Origin: Candidatus Wolfebacteria bacterium RIFCSPLOWO2_01_FULL_38_11
GTDB taxonomy: Bacteria; Patescibacteriota; Minisyncoccia; UBA6257; UBA9933
Direction of reading: 5' to 3'
NCBI GenBank assembly: GCA_001793825.1
Contig: MGIQ01000023.1
Span: 3,450 to 47,845, forward strand
Length of the DNA: 44,396 nucleotides
Within the stretch, counting starts at the first letter, position 1, and every line of letters starts with the position of its first letter. Positions 17,121 to 26,761 of this stretch are shown here, in pieces. The translations under genes and the position numbers were made by a program. Below the pieces are notes generated by a model. That model saw nothing but the letters and a program-made list of their open reading frames with translations. It searched no databases and was not told the origin of the DNA.

Positions 17121-18257
17121 ATGTTTGAATTTAAAATCTCAAAAAAATCCAAAAAAAACAATGCTCGTTTGGGTATTTTAAAAACTGCTCACGGAGAAAT
17201 TGAAACTCCGGCTTTTGTCCCTGTTGCCACTCAAGCCGCCATTAAAACTTTAGACAGCCAGGAAGTTTTAAAAACTAAAAGCCAGATTTTAATTTGCAAC
17301 ACTTTTCATCTTCATTTAAAACCCGGAGAGAAAATAATCAAATCAAGCGGCGGATTGCACAAATTTATGAATTGGCCCAAACCCTTAATGACTGACTCCG
17401 CCGGCTTTCAGGTTTTTTCTCTTGGTTTTGGCCGTGATTTTGGCATGGGCAAAATTTTAAAAGAAAAAAACGGCGGGAAAATAAAAAGCGGCCAGCAGCC
17501 GAAACTTTTAAAAATCACATCTGAAGGAGTTTTATTCCGTTCTCCCAATGACGGAAGAAAAATTTTCATCGGTCCGAAAGAATCAATCAAAATTCAGGAA
17601 TCTTTGGGCGCTGATATTATTTTCGCTTTTGATGAATGCACTCCGCCGATTGCCAATTACGCTTACACAAAAAAATCTTTGAAGCTCACTCACCAGTGGG
17701 CTCAAATTTGCTTGAATGCCAAAAAATCAAAGCAAGCGCTTTTTGGCATTGTTCAAGGCGGAAAATTCAAGGATTTAAGAATTGAAAGCGCTAAATTTAT
17801 CGGAAATTTGCCTTTTGATGGATTTGGCATTGGCGGAGAATTTGGCGATGATAAAAAAATAATGGAAAAAATGATTAATTGGGTAAATAAAGAGCTTCCC
17901 GAAAATAAACCGCGCCATTTGCTTGGCATCGGCTATTTGGAAGACATCCCCAAAATAATCAAAGCCGGAGTTGATACTTTTGATTGTATCGTGCCGACTC
18001 ATTACGGCCGCCGCGGCATTGCTTTTACCAGTTCCGGCGAACTTGATTTAAACAAATCAAAATTTTTACAAGATAAAAAAGCTTTAGATAAAAAATGTCC
18101 TTGTTTTGTCTGCCAAAATTATTCCCGTAGTTATCTTTGCCACCTTTTCCGAGCCAAAGAAATTTCCGCCCTGAAATTTTTAACCTTTCATAACCTTTAT
18201 TTTTTCAATTCTTTCGTGGAAAACATAAGAAATGCAATAAAAAAGGGGAAATTCTGA
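17121..18257 (+). CDS. tgt: tRNA-guanine transglycosylase
   Basis: Start revised to MFEFKI; ETPAFVPVAT, NTFHL, TDSAGFQVFSL, FGIVQGG, DTFDC, CxCxxC...H zinc site. Confidence 0.95.
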   Translation: MFEFKISKKSKKNNARLGILKTAHGEIETPAFVPVATQAAIKTLDSQEVLKTKSQILICNTFHLHLKPGEKIIKSSGGLHKFMNWPKPLMTDSAGFQVFSLGFGRDFGMGKILKEKNGGKIKSGQQPKLLKITSEGVLFRSPNDGRKIFIGPKESIKIQESLGADIIFAFDECTPPIANYAYTKKSLKLTHQWAQICLNAKKSKQALFGIVQGGKFKDLRIESAKFIGNLPFDGFGIGGEFGDDKKIMEKMINWVNKELPENKPRHLLGIGYLEDIPKIIKAGVDTFDCIVPTHYGRRGIAFTSSGELDLNKSKFLQDKKALDKKCPCFVCQNYSRSYLCHLFRAKEISALKFLTFHNLYFFNSFVENIRNAIKKGKF

Positions 18258-18348
18258 CTTATCCACTTCTCTTTTTTTTGGAAATATTGTTTAATTAAAT
18301 TAGATAGTAAATGCTTTAAAAATCTAAAAAGATGTATAGGAGGCTGCT

Positions 18349-18813
18349 ATGGATGACTTAAATGGCAAAAAATGGCAAGCATTCTCCGGACGATACAACG
18401 ATATTCATAACCAGTTGATTAGCATCGGAAAAGCCAACGGCAATTGTTCTATTTACACCAAACTTGATGAAAAATTCTTAAAAATCTATCACGACACTTG
18501 CTTTGCCTTAGAGCTGAGTCATAAATTAAACGAGGAGGAATGCGCCGTTTGTCTTCCGGCAAAAATAATAATCGAATTTTGCCACCACACAATAATCAAT
18601 GACTGCTGTAAACTGAAGCGGGAAATAAACAGCCTTTCCAGCTACAATTCCCTTATTGAAAAAGCATTCAGCAATTTTCAAGACCATGGGAACAGCATCT
18701 TGATCAAATCTCTAAACGTGTTCCTTTCCGAAATAGAAGAGATTGTTAAATTTTTCGAGGAAATCTGCAAACCGGATTACCGGCTGGGATTAGAAAGAGG
18801 GTTGCTAACTTAG
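18349..18813 (+). CDS. Hypothetical Cys-rich helical protein (orphan unit B)
   Basis: AGGAGG 5 nt before ATG; own terminator. Confidence 0.65.
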   Translation: MDDLNGKKWQAFSGRYNDIHNQLISIGKANGNCSIYTKLDEKFLKIYHDTCFALELSHKLNEEECAVCLPAKIIIEFCHHTIINDCCKLKREINSLSSYNSLIEKAFSNFQDHGNSILIKSLNVFLSEIEEIVKFFEEICKPDYRLGLERGLLT

Positions 18814-18830
18814 CAACCCTCTCTTTATTT
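18796..18830 (+). terminator. Intrinsic terminator overlapping the stop codon
   Basis: AGAGGGTTGCTA-ACT-TAGCAACCCTCT followed by CTTTATTT. Confidence 0.75.
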
Positions 18831-18886
18831 GCTAACAACAGCCGCCATAGTTGCTTCTTATCTTGTTTGCCGCTAATTTATAAGCA

Positions 18887-20743
18887 ATGTCTCTCTTTAA
18901 ATTAAAATCAAAATTTAAACCATCTGGCGACCAGCCTCAAGCCATTAAAAAATTAATCGCAGGTCTTGAAAAAAGCGATCGTTTTCAAACTCTTTTGGGA
19001 GTTACCGGCTCCGGCAAGACTTTTACCATGGCTAATGTCATTGCTCATTTTAATATGCCGGTTTTGGTAATGGCCCCCAATAAAACTTTAGCCGCCCAGC
19101 TTTACCGCGAATACAAAAATTTCTTTCCCCAAAACTCCGTCAATTATTTCGTTTCTTATTACGACTATTATCAGCCCGAAGCTTATCTTCCCACCAGCGA
19201 CACTTATATAGAGAAAGAAGCGATGATTAATGAAGAAATTGATCGCTTGCGCCATCAAGCCACTAGCGCTCTTTTGAGCCGCCGCGATGTTATTGTGGTT
19301 GCTTCTGTTTCCTGCATTTACAATCTTGGCGTGCCAGTAAGTTATTCCGAAGCCGCTCTCCATTTGGAAGAAAATAAAGACATGACTCGCGGAGATTTAA
19401 TCAGGCAATTGGTAAAAATGCAATTTGAAAGAACTGGTGGAGCCTTAAAAAGGGGATTTTTCCGTGTTCGGGGCGATGTTTTTGAAATTATGCCTGCCAG
19501 CGGCGCTGTTATTAACAGGATTGAAATAAAAGAACAAAAAATTATTTCTATTGCTGATGTTGACCCAATTAGCCAAAAAATAATCCAAGAATTAAAAGAT
19601 ATTGTTATTTTTCCGCCCAAGCATTTTATTTCCAGCCAGCCTCAAATCGAATCCGCCACCAAAGAAATTAAAAAGGAATTAAAAGAGCGCTTACAATATT
19701 TTGAAAAAAACAAGCTTTATTTGGAAGCGGAACGATTAGAGCGAAGAACCAGATATGATATGGAAATGCTTCAAAGCATTGGTTATTGTCATGGCATTGA
19801 AAATTATTCTCGCCATCTTTCCGGAAAAATCAGCGGCGAATCGCCGGACACCTTGCTTTCTTATTTTCCTTCGGCTCGCCGAAGCCCCGGCGAAGAAGGC
19901 CACCCTGATTTTCTAACCATTATCGATGAATCTCATATTGCTGTTCCTCAAGTCAAAGGGATGTATGAGGGCGATAGAAGCCGTAAAGAGGTTTTAATCC
20001 AATACGGTTGGCGTCTGCCTTCTGCCTTGGATAATCGGCCGCTTAAATTCGAAGAATTTGAAAAAAGAATCAATCAGGTGATTTTTACTTCAGCCACTCC
20101 CGGCGCTTATGAAATGAAAAACTCTTCCAAAATTGTTGAACAAGTCATTCGGCCAACCGGCTTAATTGATCCGCCGATTGAAGTCCGTCCGGTTTTTAAC
20201 AAACAAAAAAATCGCAGTCAAATAGACGATCTAATGGAAGAAATAAAAAAAGTGGTCTCTAAAAAAGAGCGCGCCATTATCAACACGCTTACTAAAAAAA
20301 TGGCTGAAGATTTAACGGATTATTTAAAGAAAAAAAAGTTCAAAGCCAATTATATGCATTCAGAAACCAAAACTCTGGAGCGCGTTAAAATTCTGACCGA
20401 CTTCCGCTCCGGTAAGTTTGACGTTTTAATTGGCGTTAATCTTTTGCGGGAAGGATTGGATCTTCCTGAAGTGACTTTCGTGGCGATTTTGGACGCTGAC
20501 CGCGAAGGTTTTTTGCGTAGCGAATCGTCTATTATTCAAACCATGGGCCGCGCCGCCAGAAACGTTAATGGCAAAGTGATTTTATATGCTGATAATATTA
20601 CTGGCTCAATGAAGAGGGCGATTGATGAAGTTGAACGCAGAAGAAAAATTCAGGCGGAATATAACAAAAAACATAACATTACTCCTCAAAGTATTCACAA
20701 AGAAATTGAAAAACTTATAGAAATTGAAAATGAAAAAGAGTAA
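18887..20743 (+). CDS. uvrB: Excinuclease ABC subunit B, lacking the C-terminal UVR domain
   Basis: GDQPQAI, GVTGSGKT, YYDYYQPEAY, DESH, NLLREGLDLPEV, GRAARN. Confidence 0.97.
   Translation: MSLFKLKSKFKPSGDQPQAIKKLIAGLEKSDRFQTLLGVTGSGKTFTMANVIAHFNMPVLVMAPNKTLAAQLYREYKNFFPQNSVNYFVSYYDYYQPEAYLPTSDTYIEKEAMINEEIDRLRHQATSALLSRRDVIVVASVSCIYNLGVPVSYSEAALHLEENKDMTRGDLIRQLVKMQFERTGGALKRGFFRVRGDVFEIMPASGAVINRIEIKEQKIISIADVDPISQKIIQELKDIVIFPPKHFISSQPQIESATKEIKKELKERLQYFEKNKLYLEAERLERRTRYDMEMLQSIGYCHGIENYSRHLSGKISGESPDTLLSYFPSARRSPGEEGHPDFLTIIDESHIAVPQVKGMYEGDRSRKEVLIQYGWRLPSALDNRPLKFEEFEKRINQVIFTSATPGAYEMKNSSKIVEQVIRPTGLIDPPIEVRPVFNKQKNRSQIDDLMEEIKKVVSKKERAIINTLTKKMAEDLTDYLKKKKFKANYMHSETKTLERVKILTDFRSGKFDVLIGVNLLREGLDLPEVTFVAILDADREGFLRSESSIIQTMGRAARNVNGKVILYADNITGSMKRAIDEVERRRKIQAEYNKKHNITPQSIHKEIEKLIEIENEKE
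19868..19900 (+). repeat. REP-like palindromic insertion in uvrB
   Basis: ccttcggctcgccgaagccccggcgaagaaggc encodes SARRSPGEEG between YFP and DFL. Confidence 0.65.
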
Positions 20744-20753
20744 TATAATATAA

Positions 20754-21296
20754 ATGATTTTATCTTCTCACATTATTGTCGCTTCCGCCGCCAGCGCGCA
20801 GTTTGCCAGCCGGCCTGCCGATCTTTCCAATTCCCTAATTGTTTTTGTTGTCTCTTTTATAAGCCATTATGCTTTGGATTTTATTCCCCATTGGGATTAC
20901 CATTTGGCTTCCATCAAAAAATTCCCCGCTGATAATAACAGCTACGAGGAGAAAAAATTTATTATTTCTTTTAGGACAATCTCCAGTGACCTTTTCAAGA
21001 ATTTAATAGACGGGATTATTGGATTATCGGGAGCAGTTTTAATTTTGGGATTTCCAACGGATTTTGAAAAACTATTTTTGATTTTTATTGCAGTATTTGC
21101 CAGCATCTTGCCCGATGCCTTGGAAGTTTGCTATCTGATTTTTAAAAAATTTCCTCTGACTTTAATCCACCGATTTCATCATTTCACCCATACTAGAAAA
21201 GTTTTCGAGGGCCGGCCGTTTTTTGGAATAATATCTCAAATAATTTCTGTTGCGATTATTTCAGCAGTTTTATTTTTGCTGGCAAACTGGTTTTAA
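20754..21296 (+). CDS. Membrane protein, possible metal-dependent hydrolase
   Basis: Several TMs with His/Asp motifs: SSH, SHYALDFIPH, ILPD, HRFHHFTH. Confidence 0.6.
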   Translation: MILSSHIIVASAASAQFASRPADLSNSLIVFVVSFISHYALDFIPHWDYHLASIKKFPADNNSYEEKKFIISFRTISSDLFKNLIDGIIGLSGAVLILGFPTDFEKLFLIFIAVFASILPDALEVCYLIFKKFPLTLIHRFHHFTHTRKVFEGRPFFGIISQIISVAIISAVLFLLANWF

Positions 21297-21371
21297 ATTT
21301 GACTTTGCTTTCGCATTCCTTAATCTTGTTATTAACCACCGCGCTCATCAGAGCGCGGCAGGGCTGTTTAT

Positions 21372-23864
21372 ATGGAAGACAAAATTATTATCAAAGGCGC
21401 CCGAGTTCACAATCTTCAAAATATTGATCTTGAACTGCCGAAAAATAAAATGATAGTTTTTACCGGCGTCTCCGGAAGCGGAAAATCTTCCTTGGCTTTT
21501 GATACGATTTTTGCCGAAGGCCAGCGCCGCTACATTGAATCTCTTTCTCCTTATGCCCGCCAATTTTTAGGCCAAATGGATCGTCCTGATGTTGATGAAA
21601 TCATCGGTCTTTCCCCAGCTATTGCCATAGACCAAAAAGCTTTATCTCATAACCCGCGCTCTATTGTCGGCACTTTGACGGAAATTTACGATTATCTCCG
21701 CGTGCTTTACGCTCGTTTGGGCGAAGTTTATTGCCCCAAGTGCGGCTCTAAAATAAAAAAACTTTCTTTGGAAGAAATGGTTGATATTGTTGTCGCTAAG
21801 GCAAAAAGCTTAAAAGAAGAAACAGTTGTGATTTTTGCTCCGGTTGTCCGCGGTCGCAAAGGCGAGTATTATCAATTGCTTTATGATTTTCTTTCTTTGG
21901 GTTTTAGAGAAGCGAGAATTGACGGTAAAATCCATTCGCTCCATGAAAAAATAGAACTTTCCCGCTATAAGCCGCACGACATCGAAATTGTTATTGATGA
22001 AGTAATGATTAAAGACGAAAGCCGGCTTTTTGAAGCCGTTGAAAGCGCCCTAAATCATAGCAAAGGATTGATGCTGGCGAATTTTACAAAAGAGGAATTG
22101 CTTCTTTCTTCAAAATGGACTTGTCCCAATGATAATTTTTCTTTTCCCGAAGTTGAGCCGCGCTTATTTTCTTTTAACAGCCCTTACGGCGCTTGCGAGG
22201 ATTGCTCTGGTTTGGGCAAAAGCGATTTATTTTTAAAAACAATCTGTCCCGTTTGCCATGGTAAAAGATTAAAACCCGAAGCTTTGGCTGTGAAAATAAA
22301 GAATAAAAATATTTGGGAATTAAGTTCTTTAACTATTGATAAAATCTACGAGTTTTTTATTGATTATGAAGCTAAATTAAGCGAGCGCGAAAAAAAGATT
22401 GCCAGCAATATTTTAAAAGAAATAATCGGCCGTCTTAGTTTTTTATTGGAAGTCGGGCTTAATTATTTGTCATTAGACAGAGAAGCGGAAACTTTGTCCG
22501 GCGGCGAAGCTCAAAGAATTAGATTGGCTTCTCAAATCGGCTCTCAGCTTTCCGGCACGCTTTATGTTTTAGACGAGCCGACTATTGGCCTTCACGAAAG
22601 AGATACGGAGAGACTCATTAAAACCTTAAAATCATTGAAAGACCAAAAAAACACTCTTATTGTCGTGGAACACGATGAAAAAACCATTTTTGAATCGGAT
22701 TATTTTGTTGATTTAGGCCCTTTAGCCGGGAAAAATGGCGGCCGAGTAGTAGCCTTCGGCAAAACCGGCGAACTGATTAAAAATCCCAAAAAATTCAAAG
22801 AATCCTTAACTTTGAAATATTTAAGCAACGAGAAAAAAATAGAACTTCCGGAAATTCGCCGGTCAAAAAGCGCGGAAAAGATAAAAATTATCGGCGCCAG
22901 AGCAAATAATTTAAAAAATATTGACGTGGAAATCCCTTTAAGGAGATTAGTTTGCTTAACCGGCGTCTCTGGCAGCGGAAAATCTTCTTTACTCTACGAT
23001 GTTCTTTATAAAAATTTAAGCAATTTAAAAGCCGGTTTTAGTGAAATGGAAAATGCCAGCCGGATTTTGGGCACTGAATATATTGATAAAGTGGTAATGG
23101 TTGATCAATCACCCATTGGTCGCACGCCCCGCTCCAATCCTGCCACTTATACCGGAATTTTTACGCCGATTCGCGAATTTTATGCGTCTTTGGAAGAATC
23201 CCGAGCCAAAGGATATACCGCTTCCAGATTTTCTTTTAATGTCGTCGGCGGAAGATGTGAAGCCTGCCAAGGCGCTGGCTTTAATTTGATTGAAATGCAT
23301 TTTTTGCCGCCGGTTTTGGTTCAATGTGATGTTTGCCGCGCTAAACGTTTTAATCGCGAAACTTTGCAGGTAAAACATAAAAATAAAAACATTCACGACA
23401 TTTTGGAAATGAGAGTTGATGAAGCATTGGAATTTTTCGACGGTCTTTACACCATTACCGACAAACTTAAGGTTTTGCAGGAAGTGGGGTTGGGTTATCT
23501 GCAGCTTGGCCAATCAGCCACTACGCTTTCCGGCGGAGAAGCTCAAAGGATAAAGCTGGCTCGTGAGCTTACTCATCCTTTAGGCAGGCGCGCTTTGTAT
23601 CTTTTGGATGAGCCGACTGTCGGCCTTCATTATTACGATATTGAAATGCTGCTGAAAGTTTTTAATAAGCTGATTGAAAAAGGAAACACGGTGATTGTCA
23701 TTGAGCATAATATGCAAATAATCAAATCAGCTGATTATATTATTGATTTGGGTCCGGAAGGCGGCGATCTTGGCGGGAAAATTGTAACCAAAGGATTGCC
23801 CGAAGAAATTGTTCAAAATAAAAATTCTTACACCGGCGCCTATCTTAAGCGTTATCTTGTCTGA
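21372..23864 (+). CDS. uvrA: Excinuclease ABC subunit A, insertion domain absent
   Basis: Two GVSGSGKSS Walker A motifs, two LSGGEAQRI signatures, zinc fingers; 830 aa. Confidence 0.97.
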   Translation: MEDKIIIKGARVHNLQNIDLELPKNKMIVFTGVSGSGKSSLAFDTIFAEGQRRYIESLSPYARQFLGQMDRPDVDEIIGLSPAIAIDQKALSHNPRSIVGTLTEIYDYLRVLYARLGEVYCPKCGSKIKKLSLEEMVDIVVAKAKSLKEETVVIFAPVVRGRKGEYYQLLYDFLSLGFREARIDGKIHSLHEKIELSRYKPHDIEIVIDEVMIKDESRLFEAVESALNHSKGLMLANFTKEELLLSSKWTCPNDNFSFPEVEPRLFSFNSPYGACEDCSGLGKSDLFLKTICPVCHGKRLKPEALAVKIKNKNIWELSSLTIDKIYEFFIDYEAKLSEREKKIASNILKEIIGRLSFLLEVGLNYLSLDREAETLSGGEAQRIRLASQIGSQLSGTLYVLDEPTIGLHERDTERLIKTLKSLKDQKNTLIVVEHDEKTIFESDYFVDLGPLAGKNGGRVVAFGKTGELIKNPKKFKESLTLKYLSNEKKIELPEIRRSKSAEKIKIIGARANNLKNIDVEIPLRRLVCLTGVSGSGKSSLLYDVLYKNLSNLKAGFSEMENASRILGTEYIDKVVMVDQSPIGRTPRSNPATYTGIFTPIREFYASLEESRAKGYTASRFSFNVVGGRCEACQGAGFNLIEMHFLPPVLVQCDVCRAKRFNRETLQVKHKNKNIHDILEMRVDEALEFFDGLYTITDKLKVLQEVGLGYLQLGQSATTLSGGEAQRIKLARELTHPLGRRALYLLDEPTVGLHYYDIEMLLKVFNKLIEKGNTVIVIEHNMQIIKSADYIIDLGPEGGDLGGKIVTKGLPEEIVQNKNSYTGAYLKRYLV

Positions 23865-23878
23865 CAATTTAGCTGCTA

Positions 23879-23995
23879 TTGACAAAAATTTTAATTTCTG
23901 TAAGCTTAAAAAACTTTTTTCTAAAAAGTGTTAGTTCTTTGAAATATTCGGAAAAACCCTTGGCGAAGGGTAAAAAAAAACCAAAAAAAGGAGAG
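23879..23995 (+). promoter_or_regulatory. Promoter, boxA-like motif, hairpin and SD of orphan unit C
   Basis: TTGACA (23879-23884)-16-TAAGCT, GTTCTTTGAAA (23934-23944), ACCCTTGGCGAAGGGT hairpin (23956-23971), AGGAGAG. Confidence 0.7.
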
Positions 23996-23999
23996 TTAA

Positions 24000-24794
24000 A
24001 TGGAGAAAGAGCCGCAGTCAAAGCTGGACGTAAAGGAGTTCGCGAAAGGGCAGTTGGAGGCCTTAGGGAAGGAGCTGTTCAATGCGCTTCTTTTCATAAC
24101 CGCCTGTCTCGTGCGCCCCAACGGAGGAGTGATGATCATCGGAGCAAACGGGACCATCAGCGAGAGACTCCCGTTGGTCAATAATATAGACGGCACCTTC
24201 ATCACCTATGTCATGCTGACCCAGTATGACGGCGAGCAGATCGTCGCAGTCGGCCTGATCGGCAGGATGAGCGACAGCGTTAAGGAGGTAATCAGCCTGA
24301 TCGTCGGCAACATGAAAGAGCTGGGCATCGAAAGCGTATTCCTGCCCGGCTATCTCGGATACTCGTCCTTAAAGGTCCCTATGACTCACGTTTGCCGCGG
24401 GAGCAATCTCGATCAGCAGATAATACAGATCAAGGGTCCGGTGTTCTTCGACAACAACAATGACACCGTCTTGTTCACGCACGGCAAAGATATCATCGAA
24501 GTGCCGATGAGAGAAGCCTTCGGAAAGCTGAACTGGTCAGCCGTAAGTAGGAGGATCGGCGAGGTCAGCGACGAAATAACAGCGCTTGCCAGAGGAGCTG
24601 ATAGCTCTCTCATCATCAACACGACCGGCAAGTTCTATACGCTTAATCTGGAAGAGAAGAAAGTCAAACCCTTCTCTCTGCCGGCCGCGCTCGCTTCAAA
24701 GGCAACTCCGACCTTCTTCACCTTTACCGAAAGCAAGAAGTTCATCGCGGCTCTCTATGTCACCGGCCAGCTCACAATCGAAAGAGCCAGCTAA
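24000..24794 (+). CDS. Hypothetical protein with atypical, GC-richer codon usage; probable distant paralogue of 26762-27622
   Basis: 264-aa ORF with SD and terminator; many ATC/TTC/GTC/CTG codons unlike neighbours. Confidence 0.8.
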   Translation: MEKEPQSKLDVKEFAKGQLEALGKELFNALLFITACLVRPNGGVMIIGANGTISERLPLVNNIDGTFITYVMLTQYDGEQIVAVGLIGRMSDSVKEVISLIVGNMKELGIESVFLPGYLGYSSLKVPMTHVCRGSNLDQQIIQIKGPVFFDNNNDTVLFTHGKDIIEVPMREAFGKLNWSAVSRRIGEVSDEITALARGADSSLIINTTGKFYTLNLEEKKVKPFSLPAALASKATPTFFTFTESKKFIAALYVTGQLTIERAS

Positions 24795-24822
24795 GACGGG
24801 CCTGCCCGGAAAGATTCACCGA

Positions 24823-24880
24823 TAAAACCTTCGCCAAGGTTTTTAGCCCCGCATTTTTTAAAAATGCGGGGCTTCTTATT
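24823..24880 (+). terminator. Inverted CCTTCGCCAAGG hairpin followed by an intrinsic terminator
   Basis: AAAACCTT-CGCC-AAGGTTTT, then AGCCCCGCATTTT...AAAATGCGGGGCT-TCTTATT. Confidence 0.75.
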
Positions 24881-24915
24881 TGAATAAGTTTTTTAATTGA
24901 TTTATAACTACTTTT

Positions 24916-26127
24916 ATGAAGCTGATTGATCAGGCTAAAAAATTGCCTTTATCGCCCGGAGTCTATTTTTTTCTTAATAAAAAAAACGAAATTTTATATA
25001 TCGGCCGCGCTGTTTTTTTAAGGAAAAGAGTATTGAATTATTTCCAAAAAAACATTGACTCGCGCGTTGCCGAAATGATTCGTTCTGCTTCCAATATAAA
25101 ATTCAAAAAAACCGGCACTCTTTTAGAAGCCGTAATTTTAGAAGCTAATTTAATAAAAAAACACTGGCCCAAATATAATGTCAAAGAAAAAGATAATCGT
25201 TCTTTTATTTACATTGTTATTCCTAAAACCGATTACCCAAAGCCAATAATTGTTCGCGGACGCGAGCTGGAAAAATTTCCTTCCGCCACTGCTAAAATTT
25301 TCGGTCCCTATCAAAGTTTATCCCTTGTCAAAAGCGCTTTAAAAATTATTAGAAAAATTTTTCCCTACAGCACTTGTTTGCCTGCCAAAGCCTTGGCGAA
25401 GGCAGGCCGGCCTTTTTCCGACCAGCCTTGTTTTTATTATCAAATCGGTTTGTGTCCCGGCTTATGCATTGGCGCGATTTCCAAGAAAGAATACCAAAAA
25501 AACATAAAAAACATTATTTTGCTTTTATCCGGCCAAAAAAATAAATTAATAAAGGATTTACGAAAAGAAAATCCCGAAAAGGCCGGAGCTTTAAAACACA
25601 TCCAAGATGTCGCTTTGATTGCTGAAGCGGAAAAGGGATGGGCAGATGTCCAGAACCAAGGTTTAAAGCGCATTGAAGCCTATGACATTTCTCATTTGTC
25701 CGGAAAAGAAACTTATGGCTCAATGGCGGTTTTCTCTGGTAGCGAACCGGAAAAAAGCCAATATCGCTTGTTTAAAATAAAAACAGCTTTGCCATCCGAT
25801 GATTTACGGGCTTTGGAAGAGATGGTTTTAAGGCGCCTAAAACACAAAGAATGGACGCTTCCTGATTTGATTTTAATTGACGGCGGCAGTCCCCAAATCA
25901 ACTGGATTTCCGATGTTTTAAAAAGCCGGCGCTTAAATATTCCCCTGGTCGGCTTGGCAAAATCCGCCAGCCGGCGGAGCGGCGATAAATTGGTCTTTCC
26001 ACCCAAAACTAAAAAATCATTCAAGGAATTGGCGGATAGCATTAAAGGAATTTTGTTGAAATCCCGCGATGAAGCTCACCGCTTTGCTCTAAAATCCAGC
26101 CGCCGGTCAAGGAGAAGGCAATTTTAA
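24916..26127 (+). CDS. uvrC: Excinuclease ABC subunit C, shortened (GIY-YIG plus RNase H-like; no HhH tail)
   Basis: PGVYFF...LYIGRA, FGPY, IEAYDISH, PDLILIDGG, RDEAHRFA. Confidence 0.92.
   Translation: MKLIDQAKKLPLSPGVYFFLNKKNEILYIGRAVFLRKRVLNYFQKNIDSRVAEMIRSASNIKFKKTGTLLEAVILEANLIKKHWPKYNVKEKDNRSFIYIVIPKTDYPKPIIVRGRELEKFPSATAKIFGPYQSLSLVKSALKIIRKIFPYSTCLPAKALAKAGRPFSDQPCFYYQIGLCPGLCIGAISKKEYQKNIKNIILLLSGQKNKLIKDLRKENPEKAGALKHIQDVALIAEAEKGWADVQNQGLKRIEAYDISHLSGKETYGSMAVFSGSEPEKSQYRLFKIKTALPSDDLRALEEMVLRRLKHKEWTLPDLILIDGGSPQINWISDVLKSRRLNIPLVGLAKSASRRSGDKLVFPPKTKKSFKELADSIKGILLKSRDEAHRFALKSSRRSRRRQF
25381..25406 (+). repeat. REP-like palindromic insertion in uvrC
   Basis: CCTGCCAAAGCCTTGGCGAAGGCAGG encodes PAKALAKAG between conserved cysteines. 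Confidence 0.75.
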
Positions 26128-26156
26128 AATATTTTAATTTATAGTATAATTTTTAT

Positions 26157-26606
26157 ATGGAACAGAATTTAGGAATATTTTTACAAATTTCTATTGCCGC
26201 ATTTTTAGGCTCTTTGGTCGGAATTGAAAGGGCGGTTGCCGGTAAAACAGCCGGACTTCGCACTTTCGCCTTGGTAAGTATGGGCTCAGCGCTTTTTATT
26301 ATTGTTTCAAAGCTTGCCAATGAGAGTTATTTGGGCATTACCACTTTCGACCCTTCAAGAGTGGCGTCTCAAATTATTGTTGGCATAGGATTTCTCGGAG
26401 CGGGTTTGATTATTTTAAAAGAATCAAAAATTATGGGTCTTACTACCGCTGCCGGCCTTTGGGTTTCCGCTGGCATAGGAATAGCCGTTGGCTTTAATCT
26501 TTATGCTATAGCGGTATTCGTTACTTTTCTTACGCTTTTTATTTTTACAATACTTTGGGTTGTTGAAATAAAATTAAAAAAAGGGATTAAAGACCTTGAA
26601 GATTAA
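26157..26606 (+). CDS. MgtC/SapB family membrane protein
   Basis: VGIER, AGLRTFALV, DPSRVASQIIVGIGFLGAG, GLTTAAGLW. Confidence 0.93.
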   Translation: MEQNLGIFLQISIAAFLGSLVGIERAVAGKTAGLRTFALVSMGSALFIIVSKLANESYLGITTFDPSRVASQIIVGIGFLGAGLIILKESKIMGLTTAAGLWVSAGIGIAVGFNLYAIAVFVTFLTLFIFTILWVVEIKLKKGIKDLED

Positions 26607-26644
26607 TTATTGTAATATTTTTTAATTTTCTTCGTCTTAATCTG

Positions 26645-26755
26645 TTGACAGCGACGATTTATTTAGCTATGCTGATTCGCTGTTTTTATTTACGGTTCTT
26701 TGACAATAAAAAAAAACGATTTAACGATTAAAAAACAAAACAAACAAGGAGGAGT
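26645..26755 (+). promoter_or_regulatory. Promoter, boxA-like motif and SD of orphan unit D
   Basis: TTGACA (26645-26650)-17-TATGCT (26668-26673), GTTCTTTGACA (26695-26705), A-rich tract, AGGAGG. Confidence 0.8.
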
Positions 26756-26761
26756 AAGAAA

